From NCBI RefSeq assembly GCF_035594765.1, contig NC_085844.1:235368107-235432106 (forward strand): a stretch of DNA of 64,000 nt, written 5' to 3'. The position numbers and the translations under genes are program-made. This stretch comes from Anolis carolinensis. Lineage: Eukaryota. Of the stretch, positions 48,494-60,753 are shown one piece after another; the first letter of the stretch is position 1; each line of letters opens with the position of its first letter. The notes beneath the pieces are model-generated. The model saw only the letters and a list, made by a program, of their open reading frames with translations, was not told where the DNA came from and made no database searches.

Positions 48494-49899
48494 TTATTTA
48501 TAATTAAAATATCCATTCAGTTAGATATGACTACTATACAGGTTGTGTTACCCTTATGAAAAATAAATGAGACCAGAAGTGTTTTGGACCTAAGTTTTCT
48601 TCTTCTTGTTATATTACAATATCCTAGGCCCATATAACTCAGAATATCAAGGCAGATGATACACAATATCTGCTTTGAACTAAGTTATCTGAGTCTACAC
48701 TGCCATATAATCCAATTCATTGTGGATTTTATACAGCTGTGTGGAAGGGACCTGTGTTTGCATATATTGAGATGCCTTGGAGCATTTCTGAAGAAAGCAT
48801 GCCAGAGTGGTTCGGTATTGAACAACCTATGGTCCTGTATATTTCAGGATGAAAATAACAGAAGGATATATACAAAGGGGAGATCTAGCAGGAGTGACCC
48901 TTTTCCTGAGGGAATCCAATGGCAGATGGAGCTATGAGTGCCTTTACCATCCTCGCCTCTAATTCAGAAGAGACTTTATGTTCTGAGAATCCCTTAGAAT
49001 TTCCCATTCTTGTGCCTGGAAAGGAGAAATTATCTTCTATCCATAGTTCCATAATATGGGGAAATTTTAATCTCAGTTTATTCTGTGTTTAGAGGTGTGT
49101 CCTGGTTTTCAAAACGACAGTAAGGGACTGTCGAAATGCATGACATGCAGGGCTGACAGTCAAGATGGACTTATGAACAAATTTATGTCCTACCTAGTAA
49201 TCAAATTAAATTACTGATCTCAGTTCATTTAACCCAAAGTTTCCTGTAAAATTAATTAAATTAAATGTCTAAATTCAAAAATTATATGATGCATACATTT
49301 TGGTCCTTATGAAGCATGCCCCCACACACATTTTAGAGCTTTTTCACATCTGAAATGGAAAAGGAACTGTTTTCTGAACCTCAAATAAGGTGCATCCCTC
49401 ATAATAAAGGTCACCTGCCGCCTCCACTAGCCATATCAGTACAGAGAGTCTTGCGACACCTTAAAGAGCACGAAAGTTTTATTTGGTGCAAGATTTCAGA
49501 TACCAGAATGCCTTTCTTCTCTCCCTCAGATAAACTAATACAACTGATCCCCTGGAAGGTTTTTACTGCAAGGCAAAATCTGTAGCTAAATGCTCTTGGG
49601 AAGCCCAGAAGGAGGCTATGAAAGTGATGCTGTATTCCATTATAATGGCTTGTACCAGCATCTGATGTTCAAGTACATTGTGTCCTAACATGGATGTTGC
49701 CTTCATTTGGCTTGTAGGTCCCTATGGATCTCCTCACCATGTATTTTAAAAGAAAAGTGTGTTGGAGAGAGAGAGAGTCCTTTCAGCTGATAGTATCATA
49801 GCGTACTGTGATTATAACATAACTCTGTACCTATATGTGTCATTGTCGGTATTCATATTATCCATTTAATCGTTTATTTATACTCTACCCTTACTGGTG

Positions 49900-50470
49900 G
49901 TGCCTGAACTAAGAATTGTTGCAATTCCCACTCAAAAGACTTGAGTTAAAACATGGAAAACAAATCCACCAAATGAAAAAGATCCATAGCTAGAAGCAAA
50001 GCCAGTAACAGGCTTCTCACACTACTTGCTATTGTTTTGGAGATTCTTTCAAGAGTGCTGGTCAGGTCTTGCAATCCCTGCTCAGGTCTTACATACTCAG
50101 AGACTCTAGAGACGGAATTACTGTTTATTTTTCTTTTTTCCTGCTGCAGCATTGCCAGACAGTATCATCTTTTCCATTGAGTCATGTCGTCTCATAATAC
50201 ATCCAAAGTATGAAAGCCTCAGTTGAGTTGTCTTGACTTCTAATGAGGACTCAGAAATGTAATGTCCATTTATTTGCATTTTTAGAAACCTACGGTATTT
50301 TATTTATTCATTCATTTACTGGATTTAGATTCTGCATTTCCTCTAAAAGGGGAGAAAAACTCTCAAAACCTTTCCCCAGCATCACATTTCAAGTGACTTG
50401 ATTTTTTCCCCTATTGGCTTTTTTTCACAGTTCCATTTTCACAATCACCCATAGCAATTAGAAATACTAT
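49900..50470 (-). mobile_element. RTE-BovB fragment, decayed
   Basis: BovB-like 3' ORF sequence on minus (CAAGACCTGACCAGCAC, GAAAAGATGATACTG). Confidence 0.6.
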
Positions 50471-50473
50471 GAT

Positions 50474-50713
50474 AAACCCTTATGCCAGCAGAACTGCTGA
50501 CCAAAAGGTCAGCGGTTCGAATCCGGGGAAGGGGGTGAGCTCCTGTATGTCAGCTCTAGCTCCCCATGCGGGGACATGAAAGAAGCCTCCTACAAAGATG
50601 GTAAAACATCAAACATCTGGGTGTTCCCCTGGGCAATGTCCTTGCAGACGGCCAATTCTCTCACACCAGAAGCGACTTGCAGTTTCTTAAGTTGCTCCTG
50701 ACACACACAAAAA
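50474..50713 (+). mobile_element. Anolis SINE2-type tRNA SINE, 5' truncated
   Basis: GGTTCGAATCC B box plus family body and tail. Confidence 0.88.
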
Positions 50714-51247
50714 TCAGAAATACTGTGACATTGATATATTTATTGATATCGTGACACAAGTTCCTTAAATCTGCACAGCCAAACCAATGAACTCACTGAG
50801 GTTTACTTCTAAGGAGAATTGTATAGGATTGTTTTGTTAATAGGAAAGCATGCAAAAAATACAATCTCACTAGCAACCTGTGAAATTTTTAAATGTTGCA
50901 ATCCAGAATTCAACTACCAAGTCATTGTCCATAATGTCTGGGAATCTCATAGGGAGGATCAATGGGATGGCAGCAGCATTGCCTCCATTTTAAGACAGAT
51001 CTTAGTGTGGAGAAGAGGTGCACCATAAGTAATCTATATTTTGAGGCTAGACATTGCAAGTTTCCAGGAATTCTTGTACATGTTTTTTTCAGCCAAGTAT
51101 TCATCCTCCAGTGTAAAACGTCCCTTCTCCTGCCAAAAAGCTTTCAAATGTCTGGACATGAGATACAATGAAAGAGACAAGGAAGGAGAAGAAGAAAAAA
51201 GAAAGGTCACACAGCAGTTCTTAAAGCAATTCAATGTAAACAGTTGC

Positions 51248-52927
51248 TGTTAGGTGATGAGGAGATCAAAGATTTGGGGGTCTCTCTGGAAAGGGAGACC
51301 CGCATCAGACCCAGAAAGAGGGTTGCGCAAGACGTGGTGAGCTTGCAAGAAGCAAAATAAAGATTTCCCTAGTCCCAATAATAGGCTCACCAGGTTTGAA
51401 GCAGAGGTCACCAAGTTTATTCTGGTCCAGCTGGAGCAGGATGACAGCAGCAATAAGTTGCAAGAAGAACCAGCATGCTATTACACAGAAAAATACACAT
51501 TTTATACGTTTGCATTTTGAATTTCCCGCTCCCGCCCACCTGGCCATCTTCTTGCTGATTGGTCAGGGGAGTCCCTGATGTCAGGAGGCAGGAGGAGCGG
51601 TCTGGGGGGCTCACGTGCCTTAGCCAATGGGAGCGCGAGCCCCGACTGCAACGTCTCTCCTTCGCTGGCCAATGGGAGAGATGGAGGCGCGGCAACAGGA
51701 GAAACAAAGGCAAACACATATGTTGATGACAGGATTAATGAATAACCTTATGTAAGGTCCTTTGTCAAGTGGTCTGGCGAGAGCCCCAGGGCCATGCAAG
51801 CTGGACCTGTCTATTGATACATTGATTGAAAGAACAAGTCCCTTGGATGGGAGTCTGACACATGAATGACAGTCCTGACACATGAAAGAGCAGCAGCATC
51901 GGAAATCTTGATGGAATTAAATGATTCAGAGTCCAAGGAAGGGAGATGGCTTTGTCTTGACAGCGGCGGCATACCCTTGCCATGGAAGAGGTTAGCCATT
52001 TAGGTGAATGTTTGGAATATCCAAAAGTTGCTTCGTTCCCAAATGGCCTGGCATCACCCTCCGAGGTTTGAGAAGAAGTCCATTGTTTTATTTCCAGAGG
52101 GTGATCATGGTAATCCATACTTGTGGCACATGGCCTGAGGCATCCTGGTGGTGCTCAGGTCAGGATGGTGTGCTGGTCAAAAGTTCACATCAGGGTCACA
52201 GTGCTTCTTTTATAAGGGGCACGATATCATAAAGTATAATAATACAAATAAAAATTAATATAAAATTGATAGGAGACACATGTGGGATTCACAATGGGGG
52301 AGAAACATGAGACCCAGCATCCCCATGTGTTGGGAGACAGACACAGATAATCCCATGAGGCGTTCAAAGGGCTTCGATCTCCTTTGTGTTTCTCATGAGG
52401 GGGAAAGAGAGGAATCCCAGTGGTTCTCCAGCAGCCCATCAGGCAAAAATGAGGTCATGCAGGGAAAGGGGAAAGGGGTCCCTGATATGTAAAAAGTTCA
52501 TAAGAAGGCGCAAAAGGTCATTTTTAGATTGCGTTGCCCATGCTCATTCATAAAAAGGCAAACTTATTCATGAAAGGGATCCAATACATTAGTGAGGAGG
52601 CGAATTGGGGCCACTGTGGCAAAAAGATAGCAGTTTAGTTTAGAAAGTATTCCAGAGTGAAATGGAATTGGTCCGGAGTGAATCCGTTGAGTTGCAGATA
52701 TGGGGACCTGGTGGGTTTCCATATCCGTGGTCGAAAGAACTGCATTTCCTTGTTCTTGAGGCAGTTCTGGACCACCTCGGCCAAGCTGGCTGAGATCCAC
52801 GGCTTGGAAAGGGGTTTATGGTTAATTTTTGGTTAGTGGAAGCAGCCTGCAAAAGGAGCTCTTTTGCAGACAGGGAAGTGAAAGCAAGCAGTGGATACAA
52901 ATTATTCCTCTGGGTTAATATGTAACA
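51248..52927 (-). mobile_element. LTR-like element (ERV LTR), right boundary uncertain
   Basis: Minus-strand order: CCAAT boxes, E-box, GC box, TATAAAA (51500-51506), AATAAA (51416-51421), U5-like hairpin GGGTCTC..GAGACCC, ends TAACA. Possible start TGTTACA at 52927. No TSD found. Confidence 0.6.
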
Positions 52928-54164
52928 AAGGACAGTGGAGCCTCAATGGAGAGAGGCTGCTTGCAGTTTTTAACTAATGTAGCAATTCTAAAGGGAAGAT
53001 ACAATGTTTCCACGTGACTGAATACTATCTGGAAGGAAAATTCAGGCTTCCTGTGAGCCTGTGGAACTCCTGGCAGAAATCAGCTGTGTGTCAAAGCAAT
53101 GTGGGTTTGTGTGCTCGACATCATAGGTGATCATTATAAGAAACCAAAAGACTAGAGAGAAACACCAGATTGAGCATGATGGCCAGGGAATTTGGGAAAT
53201 TATAGTCCCCCCACCTATTAATGTTTCCAAGCTCTTTTTTCAGTGTTCAGTGTAACCGCCTATATAGAGTGAATTGTGGTTCATGTACCCTCTGGAGAGA
53301 CCTGTGGAAGATAAACTAGAAAAGTGTCACCACACTCTCTGAGGGGGAGATGACTAGGTTCATCATTCGCAATTTGCTGTCACTGTGAAGAAGTGTGTGC
53401 CTTGTGAAAGACCTGCATGTAAGCCATTGAACACCACAGGTTTACAAGCTCATGCAAAGTCTCACTGGAGCAATTCAGAGTATGTACAAGCATTAGTTAG
53501 GTATGCCATTACTGGAGTCTTGGAAGAGTTTGGCTTTTGGATGCCTGCTTTTGAGCGAGCCTACAGATCTCACTTTCCTGCAGTGCTTCCAGCGATGTTT
53601 GCTGGGTTAGTGGATGTTTAATTTTGGCATCTCTGAAAATTAGGTCAGCAAAGAGAGGTCCCCATTTTAGGCTGTCAGACAAACCAGCAATTGTTAGCAT
53701 CAGCTTTTCAAAATCCGGATGTTCCTTTATGCAAATGTTATCTACAAAAGAAGTAAATTTGTCACACATGCTTTTGCCTCCATAAGGACTAAGGAAGCTC
53801 CACAGATTATATTACATGAGGTAGCCAAGTTTGCTAGCAATACTAAATAATTTAATTTAGAACAAAAACAGATTGAGTCAAGAGCACAAAAAGGATCTGC
53901 CTAAGCCAGGCAAATGTGTATTAAGATGGCAAAGGATATTCAGTCTAAGCAAATGTAAAGTGATACTTATTGAGAAAAAATAAAATAAAATAGTTCCCAA
54001 CTTGTCATATTCACTGATGCTACTGAACTACTGGCAACTCACCAAGAAAGGGATTTTAGAATTGTGGTGGAAAGCTGGATAATATGTCAATTCGTTGTGC
54101 AGCTTCATTTTTTATTTTTTTAAAACAAATTATGTGTAATAGTTTCAAAAGGAATAAAATATAT

Positions 54165-54372
54165 TGGGTTATTGTGCATTTTCCAGGCTATATGGCCATG
54201 CTCCAGAAGCATTCTCTCCTGACGTTTCACCCCCATCTATGACAGGTATCCTCAGAGGATGCCTGCCATAGACGTGGGTGAAATGTCAGGAGAGAATGTT
54301 TCTGGAACATGGCCATACAGCCCAGAAAATGCACAACAACCCAGTGATTCCGGCCATGAAAGCCTTCAACAA
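54165..54372. mobile_element. Penelope-like inverted (fold-back) terminal repeat
   Basis: About 85-bp arms centred on ATCCTCAGAGGAT. Confidence 0.8.
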
Positions 54373-54439
54373 TGAAATATATTACTACCAGTATCATCTT
54401 GCTCTTATTCAGATTTATGGTGTAACTTCACTTGGACTA

Positions 54440-54830
54440 CTGAGTACAGGGCTGGTCATCCAGTGTGAAAATGGGATACTGCGGAGCTAGAAAAGGTGAC
54501 AGAATAGGACAACTACTATAATAAAGGGAGTGAAACAATTTCTGTACAAGACAAAATTACAACACTTTGACTATTTTAACTTTGAAAAAGCTGAGTAAGG
54601 GATACCAGAAAGAGATGTATAAAATTACACACGATGTGGCAATACTAAGTCTTTCATAATATCGCAACCAATGGTTATCTCCTGAAGCTAAATGTAGGAG
54701 ATTCGGGGCAGGGAACAGGAAATGCTTCTTCAGTCAGCTCAGAATCAAAATATGGAATCCATCACCACAAGATAGAGTGACAGCTGCCAATTTGGGTGAC
54801 TTTAAAAAGAGACTAGGTGAATTCATGATC
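54440..54830 (+). mobile_element. Old CR1 fragment
   Basis: Degenerate CR1 ORF2 3' similarity (GAGCTAGAAAAGGTGACAGAATAGGACAAC). Confidence 0.55.
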
Positions 54831-54834
54831 GACT

Positions 54835-55345
54835 GCCAAAAACACAAATAAATGGATTTGAGAGCAAATCAAGCCTTAATGCTCCCTAGGAGCCAAGATG
54901 CCTAGACTGAGGCTATCATACTTCGAGATGATGTGATACAATGGAAAAGACGATAACGCTGCAAAGTGAAGGCAGTAGGACAAGAGGAAGACTGCATTAC
55001 ATTTGTATAGACTTAATCAAGTAAACTTGTAGACTGTAACAGGACTGCTAATAATTACAGTGTCTTGGGGTGCATCTATCCTGTGGAATTAATGCAGTTG
55101 GAACCACTTTAATTGTCATGGCTAAATGCTATGGAATCATGGGAGGTGTAAGTGTGCAAGGTGTTTAGCCTCCTCTGCCAAAGAATGCTGATGCCTCATC
55201 AAACTACAAATCCAATGATTCTAGAGCACTGAGCCATGGCAGTCAAAGTAGTGTCAGACTGCATAAATTCTACACTTTAGATGGATCCTTGGAAATCTCT
55301 AATTCACAGGGTTGTCATAAGTCAAAGCCAACTTGGTGGCAATTA
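54835..55345 (+). mobile_element. BovB 3' end interrupted by DNA-transposon MITE (~55070-55290)
   Basis: BovB-like GCCAAGATGCCTAGACTGAGGCTATCATACTT..GGTTGTCATAAGTC. The insert has GGTGCATCTA / TAGATGGATCC-type ends. Confidence 0.65.
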
Positions 55346-55497
55346 GCATCAAACAAAAACAGGTTAAAGGCTATCCATGGCTTCTAGTTTGGATGGATCG
55401 ATGTCTCCTCCCATAGGCACGTGGATAACCACTGTAGAAAAATAATAATGAACTCACTATGAACCCAGCAGCATATTTGTTGTGTTCTCATTGCTGT

Positions 55498-55790
55498 AAG
55501 GTAAAGGTTTTCCCCTGACATTAAGTCTAGTCATGTCTGACTGTGGGGGTTGGTGCTCATCTCCATTTCTAAGTCAAAGAGCTTGCATTGTTTGTAAACA
55601 CTTCCAAGGTTATGTGGCCAGCATGACTGCATGGAGTGCCGTTACCTTCCTGCCGGAGCGGTACCTATTGATCTACTCACTTTGTATGTTTTTAAACTAC
55701 TAGTTTGGTAGAAGCTGGGGCTAACAGTGGAATTCGAACTGCCAACCTCTCAGTCAGCAAGTTCAGTGGTTTAGCCCACTGCGCCACCAG
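55498..55790 (-). mobile_element. Sauria SINE
   Basis: Head, core and AAAGGT tail. Confidence 0.9.
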
Positions 55791-58622
55791 CTGTATTCAT
55801 ACATAAAATGTGGATGCTGTGTACTTGTGTACAAGCAGCTTTATATACCTACTTGGAAGTGTCCTGAAGGTAGTGGGCCGCATGTATATGAATATTTGAG
55901 GATGTACTTGGAAAAAGAGCTGTTCAAATGGTGATAGTGTTTGCTGCATAACATGTGATGCTACCCTCATTTCAGGGAACAATGGAAGACAAATGACTAT
56001 AATGAAGTCAAGAGGGGATCCACAACCTACAGTCTGTCAATTGGGGATTTGCAAGAAATGGTTCAACTGAGAAGACAATGCAAGTGCTAGATGATAATTA
56101 CAGTCATTATCTAAAGACCTCTTATGCAAAAGGACATCCTTTCTTTTAAAGGGGTTGTTTTATTCTAGCCCATCAACTTGCAATTGGACTTACAAATACT
56201 TCAACAAATAGCCCACTAAGTCAATGACAAAGTTATGGAACTTTTGAGAACCAGACATCTCTTTTGGGGAAAAGTGTTTCTTTTTTTAACATTTGGATCC
56301 CACAGCTTTTGAGAACTTGGAAAATGCTTGTTTTGTGAACAGCAATTTAAATTTAGAGCAGGTAGTATAACAGAAGATTTTACCTTATCACCAGTGTAAA
56401 ATTAAACCACCTGCCCAGTGTGAAAATTAAATCACCAGTCAGTTTATCATGTATATAGAATGAAGGCACATATTGTCTACTGTCTCAAGTGGCAAAATGC
56501 CTAACCTTTAAATGTTTCAAAAGCTAATTTCAAATAAGATAAAGGTTTTATTCTCTGCTAAGCAAGTCAACTAGGGCCAGACTGTACAAAGGCAGAATCC
56601 TGGTGAATATTAGGGAAGGATATATTGATGTTGACACAAATTCAAAGGGGAATCAATAACCTTAGAGGGGTACTGAGATCTTGAAACCAAAAACTGGAGA
56701 GCCACCTGATGGAGGTGCTCAAATGGGCCACAGGGTTTATAAAATCTCATTCCATATTGAGTTTCTGTGGTTCCCATCTGATTTTGAAAATGACCAATAA
56801 AGTATTGGGAAGGGGACTTCAAAGCTCTGAGTTGGAACTAAGGTTCTTCATCATGATGCTTTGGATCGTGTTGCTTATTGACAAGGAGCTAAGTCTAAAT
56901 TATTAGACACATTGAGTCAATAGGATTAAATGTAAGAGTTGATCTAACAAGTCCAATTGATGCAATATACTGTTTGAGACTAAGAAATGGTTCAAGGACA
57001 AACATGTCAACATTTTTACCTCTTTGTTAGCCTTCGCCAACACTTTTGTGATTTGAAAGTCTGATGCATTACGTACACTTGCATATGAAAGAAAGGACGT
57101 GGGGTGACAGCAAATAAATTGAAAGGCATCTTGTAACTTTTGGAAATAGCCCATAGTGGTAGCAGCAGTACTGGCAGCATTAATAGACATTGTTGTTATT
57201 TCAGCTTAATAGATACCCTTTTTTAAAAGTTAAATTTTAAGTTTAGTTTTTAACATATTGCTGAGTACTGGGGAGGGGGGGGGGTCAATCCTAAACCCAT
57301 GCCCCACTTTGCACCGAGATTTAGTCCAGTTTTTTTCTTCCTAAGCAGAGAAATAAACCTGTGTGAAGAAAGGAATTTTTAATACAAAATGCTGATGCAA
57401 GCTTAACCATAGCAGTGTGAACAAGCTGCTAAAATACTTGGCGAATCCTGTTACTCAGAGATAAAGACAGCTTTGGGTTATCTTGTAAAAAAGGAATGTT
57501 CCCCCCATAATTCTTGATAGCTATGATTTACTACTTCGAGTTGGTTAAAGGGTCTTTATCTTGCCCCTCCATTCCCTGGGGAAGAAACAATGCCAAATGT
57601 ATTAATATAAGGGAAATGTGTGTGTATGTTTGCATAAAAAGAGATGGGAGGGGGATGTGCAATGAAAGGATACGCAGAACCAAAAGCACTTGCAAGCTGA
57701 TGAAAATAATGAAGCACCAACCATGTTTCCCCCCTTTTAATGGAGAGTGTGAACTTTTATTGCCTTCCATGGAAAATGGGATTTAAAAATAGTATTAAAT
57801 AAGCTTTTACAGTCTCCCGAGTCTGTTTGGAAACCATTTCTCTCTTTCTGATGAAAAGGCTTTTTTGAACAGAAACAGACTCCCATAAGGTTGTTTAATC
57901 TTCACACTTTTGCCACCTGACAGTCTGTGCCCAGCTTCAACAATACTTGTTAATCCATTGGGAATAAGAAGAAAAGTCTTGTATTGCAGAGGACAAATGT
58001 GATTTTGGAAGTTAAGCAGCTGAAAGGTTGTGAATTATCATAGGGCTGGAGACAAAAAGAGAAAGCTTACTAGGCCACTTTAGCCAGTTCTAAGGTGAGC
58101 AGGAGCCAGGTGGATTCAAAAAGTATTTGTTTAGATAAAAGCGGCACTCAGATGAAGAAATACTTTTCATTATTTCCTATTTTCAATCATGGGAGTTAAG
58201 AGGGCATACCTGAAACAGTTCTGAGGTATAACGCTAGTACTCCTGATATGCTTGTTTTGAATTCTAAACTGAAATGACAAAACAGGTGATTTTAAGAGAT
58301 AGTTTCTGCACACATAAATATAAAATATATACAGCAAAGCAGCTATTAACAAAGCAGCTGTGTTCCTAGCCATTAGTTCTTAACAGAAAATTTGGTAGCA
58401 GAAATAACACGGAAAAGTGATAGGTTCTTAACACTAGAATAAAAAAGAGTAGTTCAGCATAATTCAAGAAACCTTTTAGTCTAAACTAACAATATGCATA
58501 TGTGAAATGAAACAACCAGGTCAGATATGCCTTCTATATGGAAACAAAAGCATTTTGAACTTTCTGGAGATTAATGAAAGCTTCTTTCAGGGATGACTTT
58601 ATCTTTTATCAACCTCTTATTA

Positions 58623-59023
58623 CCACATTTATTTTAGTATAATGTACCATCAATTGTAATGCACACCTCAATTTTGAAGATGTATATTGCAAAAAAATTA
58701 TTTGTTGTTGAATGTAATGCATGGCTTCCCATTGCCTGTTGGCCATTCTGCTCCATGGATCAGAAAGGCCAAAAGGCAAGGAGAATCCATGCCCTCATCA
58801 GGCTGTTGGATAGACAGTGGCTTCCCAACTAAGGCCTTATTCACAAGGCCTTCAAAACTGAAGAAGTTTTGAAGGCCTTGTGAATGTGGCCAGCCTCAGC
58901 CTGATGGAGGGGTGCAGGTGGGTTTCCATATGCGACTCTAATGTGACATCGAATCTAATGCGCACCTCACTTTTGGCTATGTAATTAAGACAAAAAGTGA
59001 GCATTAGATTTGAGGAAATATGG
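58623..59023. mobile_element. TcMar-type MITE, degenerate
   Basis: TA|CCACATTT...AAATATGG|TA ends, internal TAATGC(A/G)CACCTCA repeat. Confidence 0.55.
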
Positions 59024-59882
59024 TAATTCCATTTTGGAGGCCAAACTTGTATTGCATTTTTAATATTCTGGTGGCAGTTGGTAAGGCAGACTTAGGGCCT
59101 TATCAGGCATAGCTCCCTCTGCATCTTCTCCCCGTTTCTCTGTGTTGCCACAATGGAATCCTACCAAATGCATCACATGACCAAAGGCAACTTCTGGCGG
59201 GGCCCCATGAGGCTCTGTTTTGGCAGCATGGAGAAACAGAGCCCAGAGTGGCTTTGGAGAAGTCAAATGTTACCCGACTCCAATTGAAGAACACGGAGAG
59301 GAAGCAGGGCAAGGACGGGAAACCATGTGAGATGGGAGGCTATCCCTGAAGACAGTAGGGAACAAAGGAAGACTTTTCCCTCTGCTTTCCCCTCTTTCCC
59401 CTGCTTTCCCCATGCCCATCTGATGAGGTCCTTATTATCTCCTTGCTTTCCAGTCTAACTGTTTGCACATGCTCAGTCAGGGATTCTGAATGCAGCTGCT
59501 CTTTAGCATGTCTTTTACAACTAGGCACACACAGCTACTTTAGGAACAGCTAGAGTACAATCCCATTTTTCCCCAGCTCAAACTATATTGCATTTTTTAC
59601 TGTGAACATGCTGCTGTAATCCAGTACCAAAAGCCTGTGCTTCTTCAGCTTTATTTTATCTTCTTCCTAGTGCTGATGCTAACAAAATATCTTCCAGGTC
59701 AACAAACGAAAAGAGGGAGAAGGAGGTATGAAAAAACGTGGTAAAAGGGGACTTCTTTTTCAGAGACTTTGTTAATTGAGGCATACTGGCTTGAGATTTA
59801 CATGAACATTTTACAAAACATGAAAAGGTTGAGACATTAAGTTACAAGTTACATTACAGATTGAGTCTCCCTAACTCAAAAC

Positions 59883-60170
59883 CAGGCCTGTAGCTTGGGG
59901 GGGGGGGGGGTTTAGGGGTTCAACCCCCCCCCCCCTCAAATTTTCAGGTTAAAAAACAAAACCTGGTTTACTCATGAATTTTAACTGGTTAACCAAATCC
60001 CCATGCTAAGTTTACGAGACGCAAAAAATTAAGAGTCCCTCCAGGCACTATCTCAAGCAGATATTGACAGGTCTATAGCTGGGGGGGGGGGGAAGCTAGG
60101 GGTTCATCCCCCTCCCCCAAAATTTTCAACACCCCCCCCCCTCCGAAAAAAATTTCTGACTACGGCCATG
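59883..60170. mobile_element. hAT non-autonomous element with G/C tracts
   Basis: CAGGCCTGTAGC / GACTACGGCCATG ends, TSD CTCAAAAC/ATCAAAAC. Confidence 0.8.
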
Positions 60171-60478
60171 ATCAAAACGCTTGGGACCTGAAGTGTTCCA
60201 TATTTTGATTTGATTTTTTGAAGAACAGTTGCATATATGTAACAGGATGTCTTCAAGATGAGACACAAGTCTAAACATGAAATTCATATATATCTCATAT
60301 ATACCTTACATACATAGCCTGAAAGTAATTTTATACACACTATTTTAAATAAATTTTTAAATAATAGCCTGAAACATAGTTTTTGTAGACTGAATTATCA
60401 GAAAGCAAGTATGTCACTATCAGCCAACCAAGTGGACAATTTTGAATTTCGGACTATTTTGGATTTCAAAATTCCAAG

Positions 60479-60753
60479 GGTTTTTTTTGTTTTGTTTTTT
60501 CATGTCAGGAGCAACCGGAGTTGCTTCTGGAGTGAGAGAATTGGCCGTCTGCAAGGACGTTGCCCAGGGGACGCCCGGATGTTTTGATGTTTTTACCATC
60601 CTTGTGGGAGGCTTCTCTCATGTCCCCGCATGGAGCTGGAGCTGATAGAGGGAGCTCATCCACACTCTCCCCAGGTGGGATTCGAACCTGGCAGCTTTCA
60701 GGTCAGCAACCCAACCTTCAAGTCACTTAGTCCACTACGCCATCTGGGGGCTC
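60479..60753 (-). mobile_element. Anolis SINE2-type tRNA SINE with TSD
   Basis: Flanking duplication AAAATTCCAAG, full head and T-rich tail. Confidence 0.92.

Noticed and set aside
53509-53769. Protein-like 86-aa minus ORF (MCDKFTSFVDNICIKEHPDFEK...)
   Set aside because: No recognisable homology or splice structure, and the length is within chance. A blastp/tblastn hit would reopen it.
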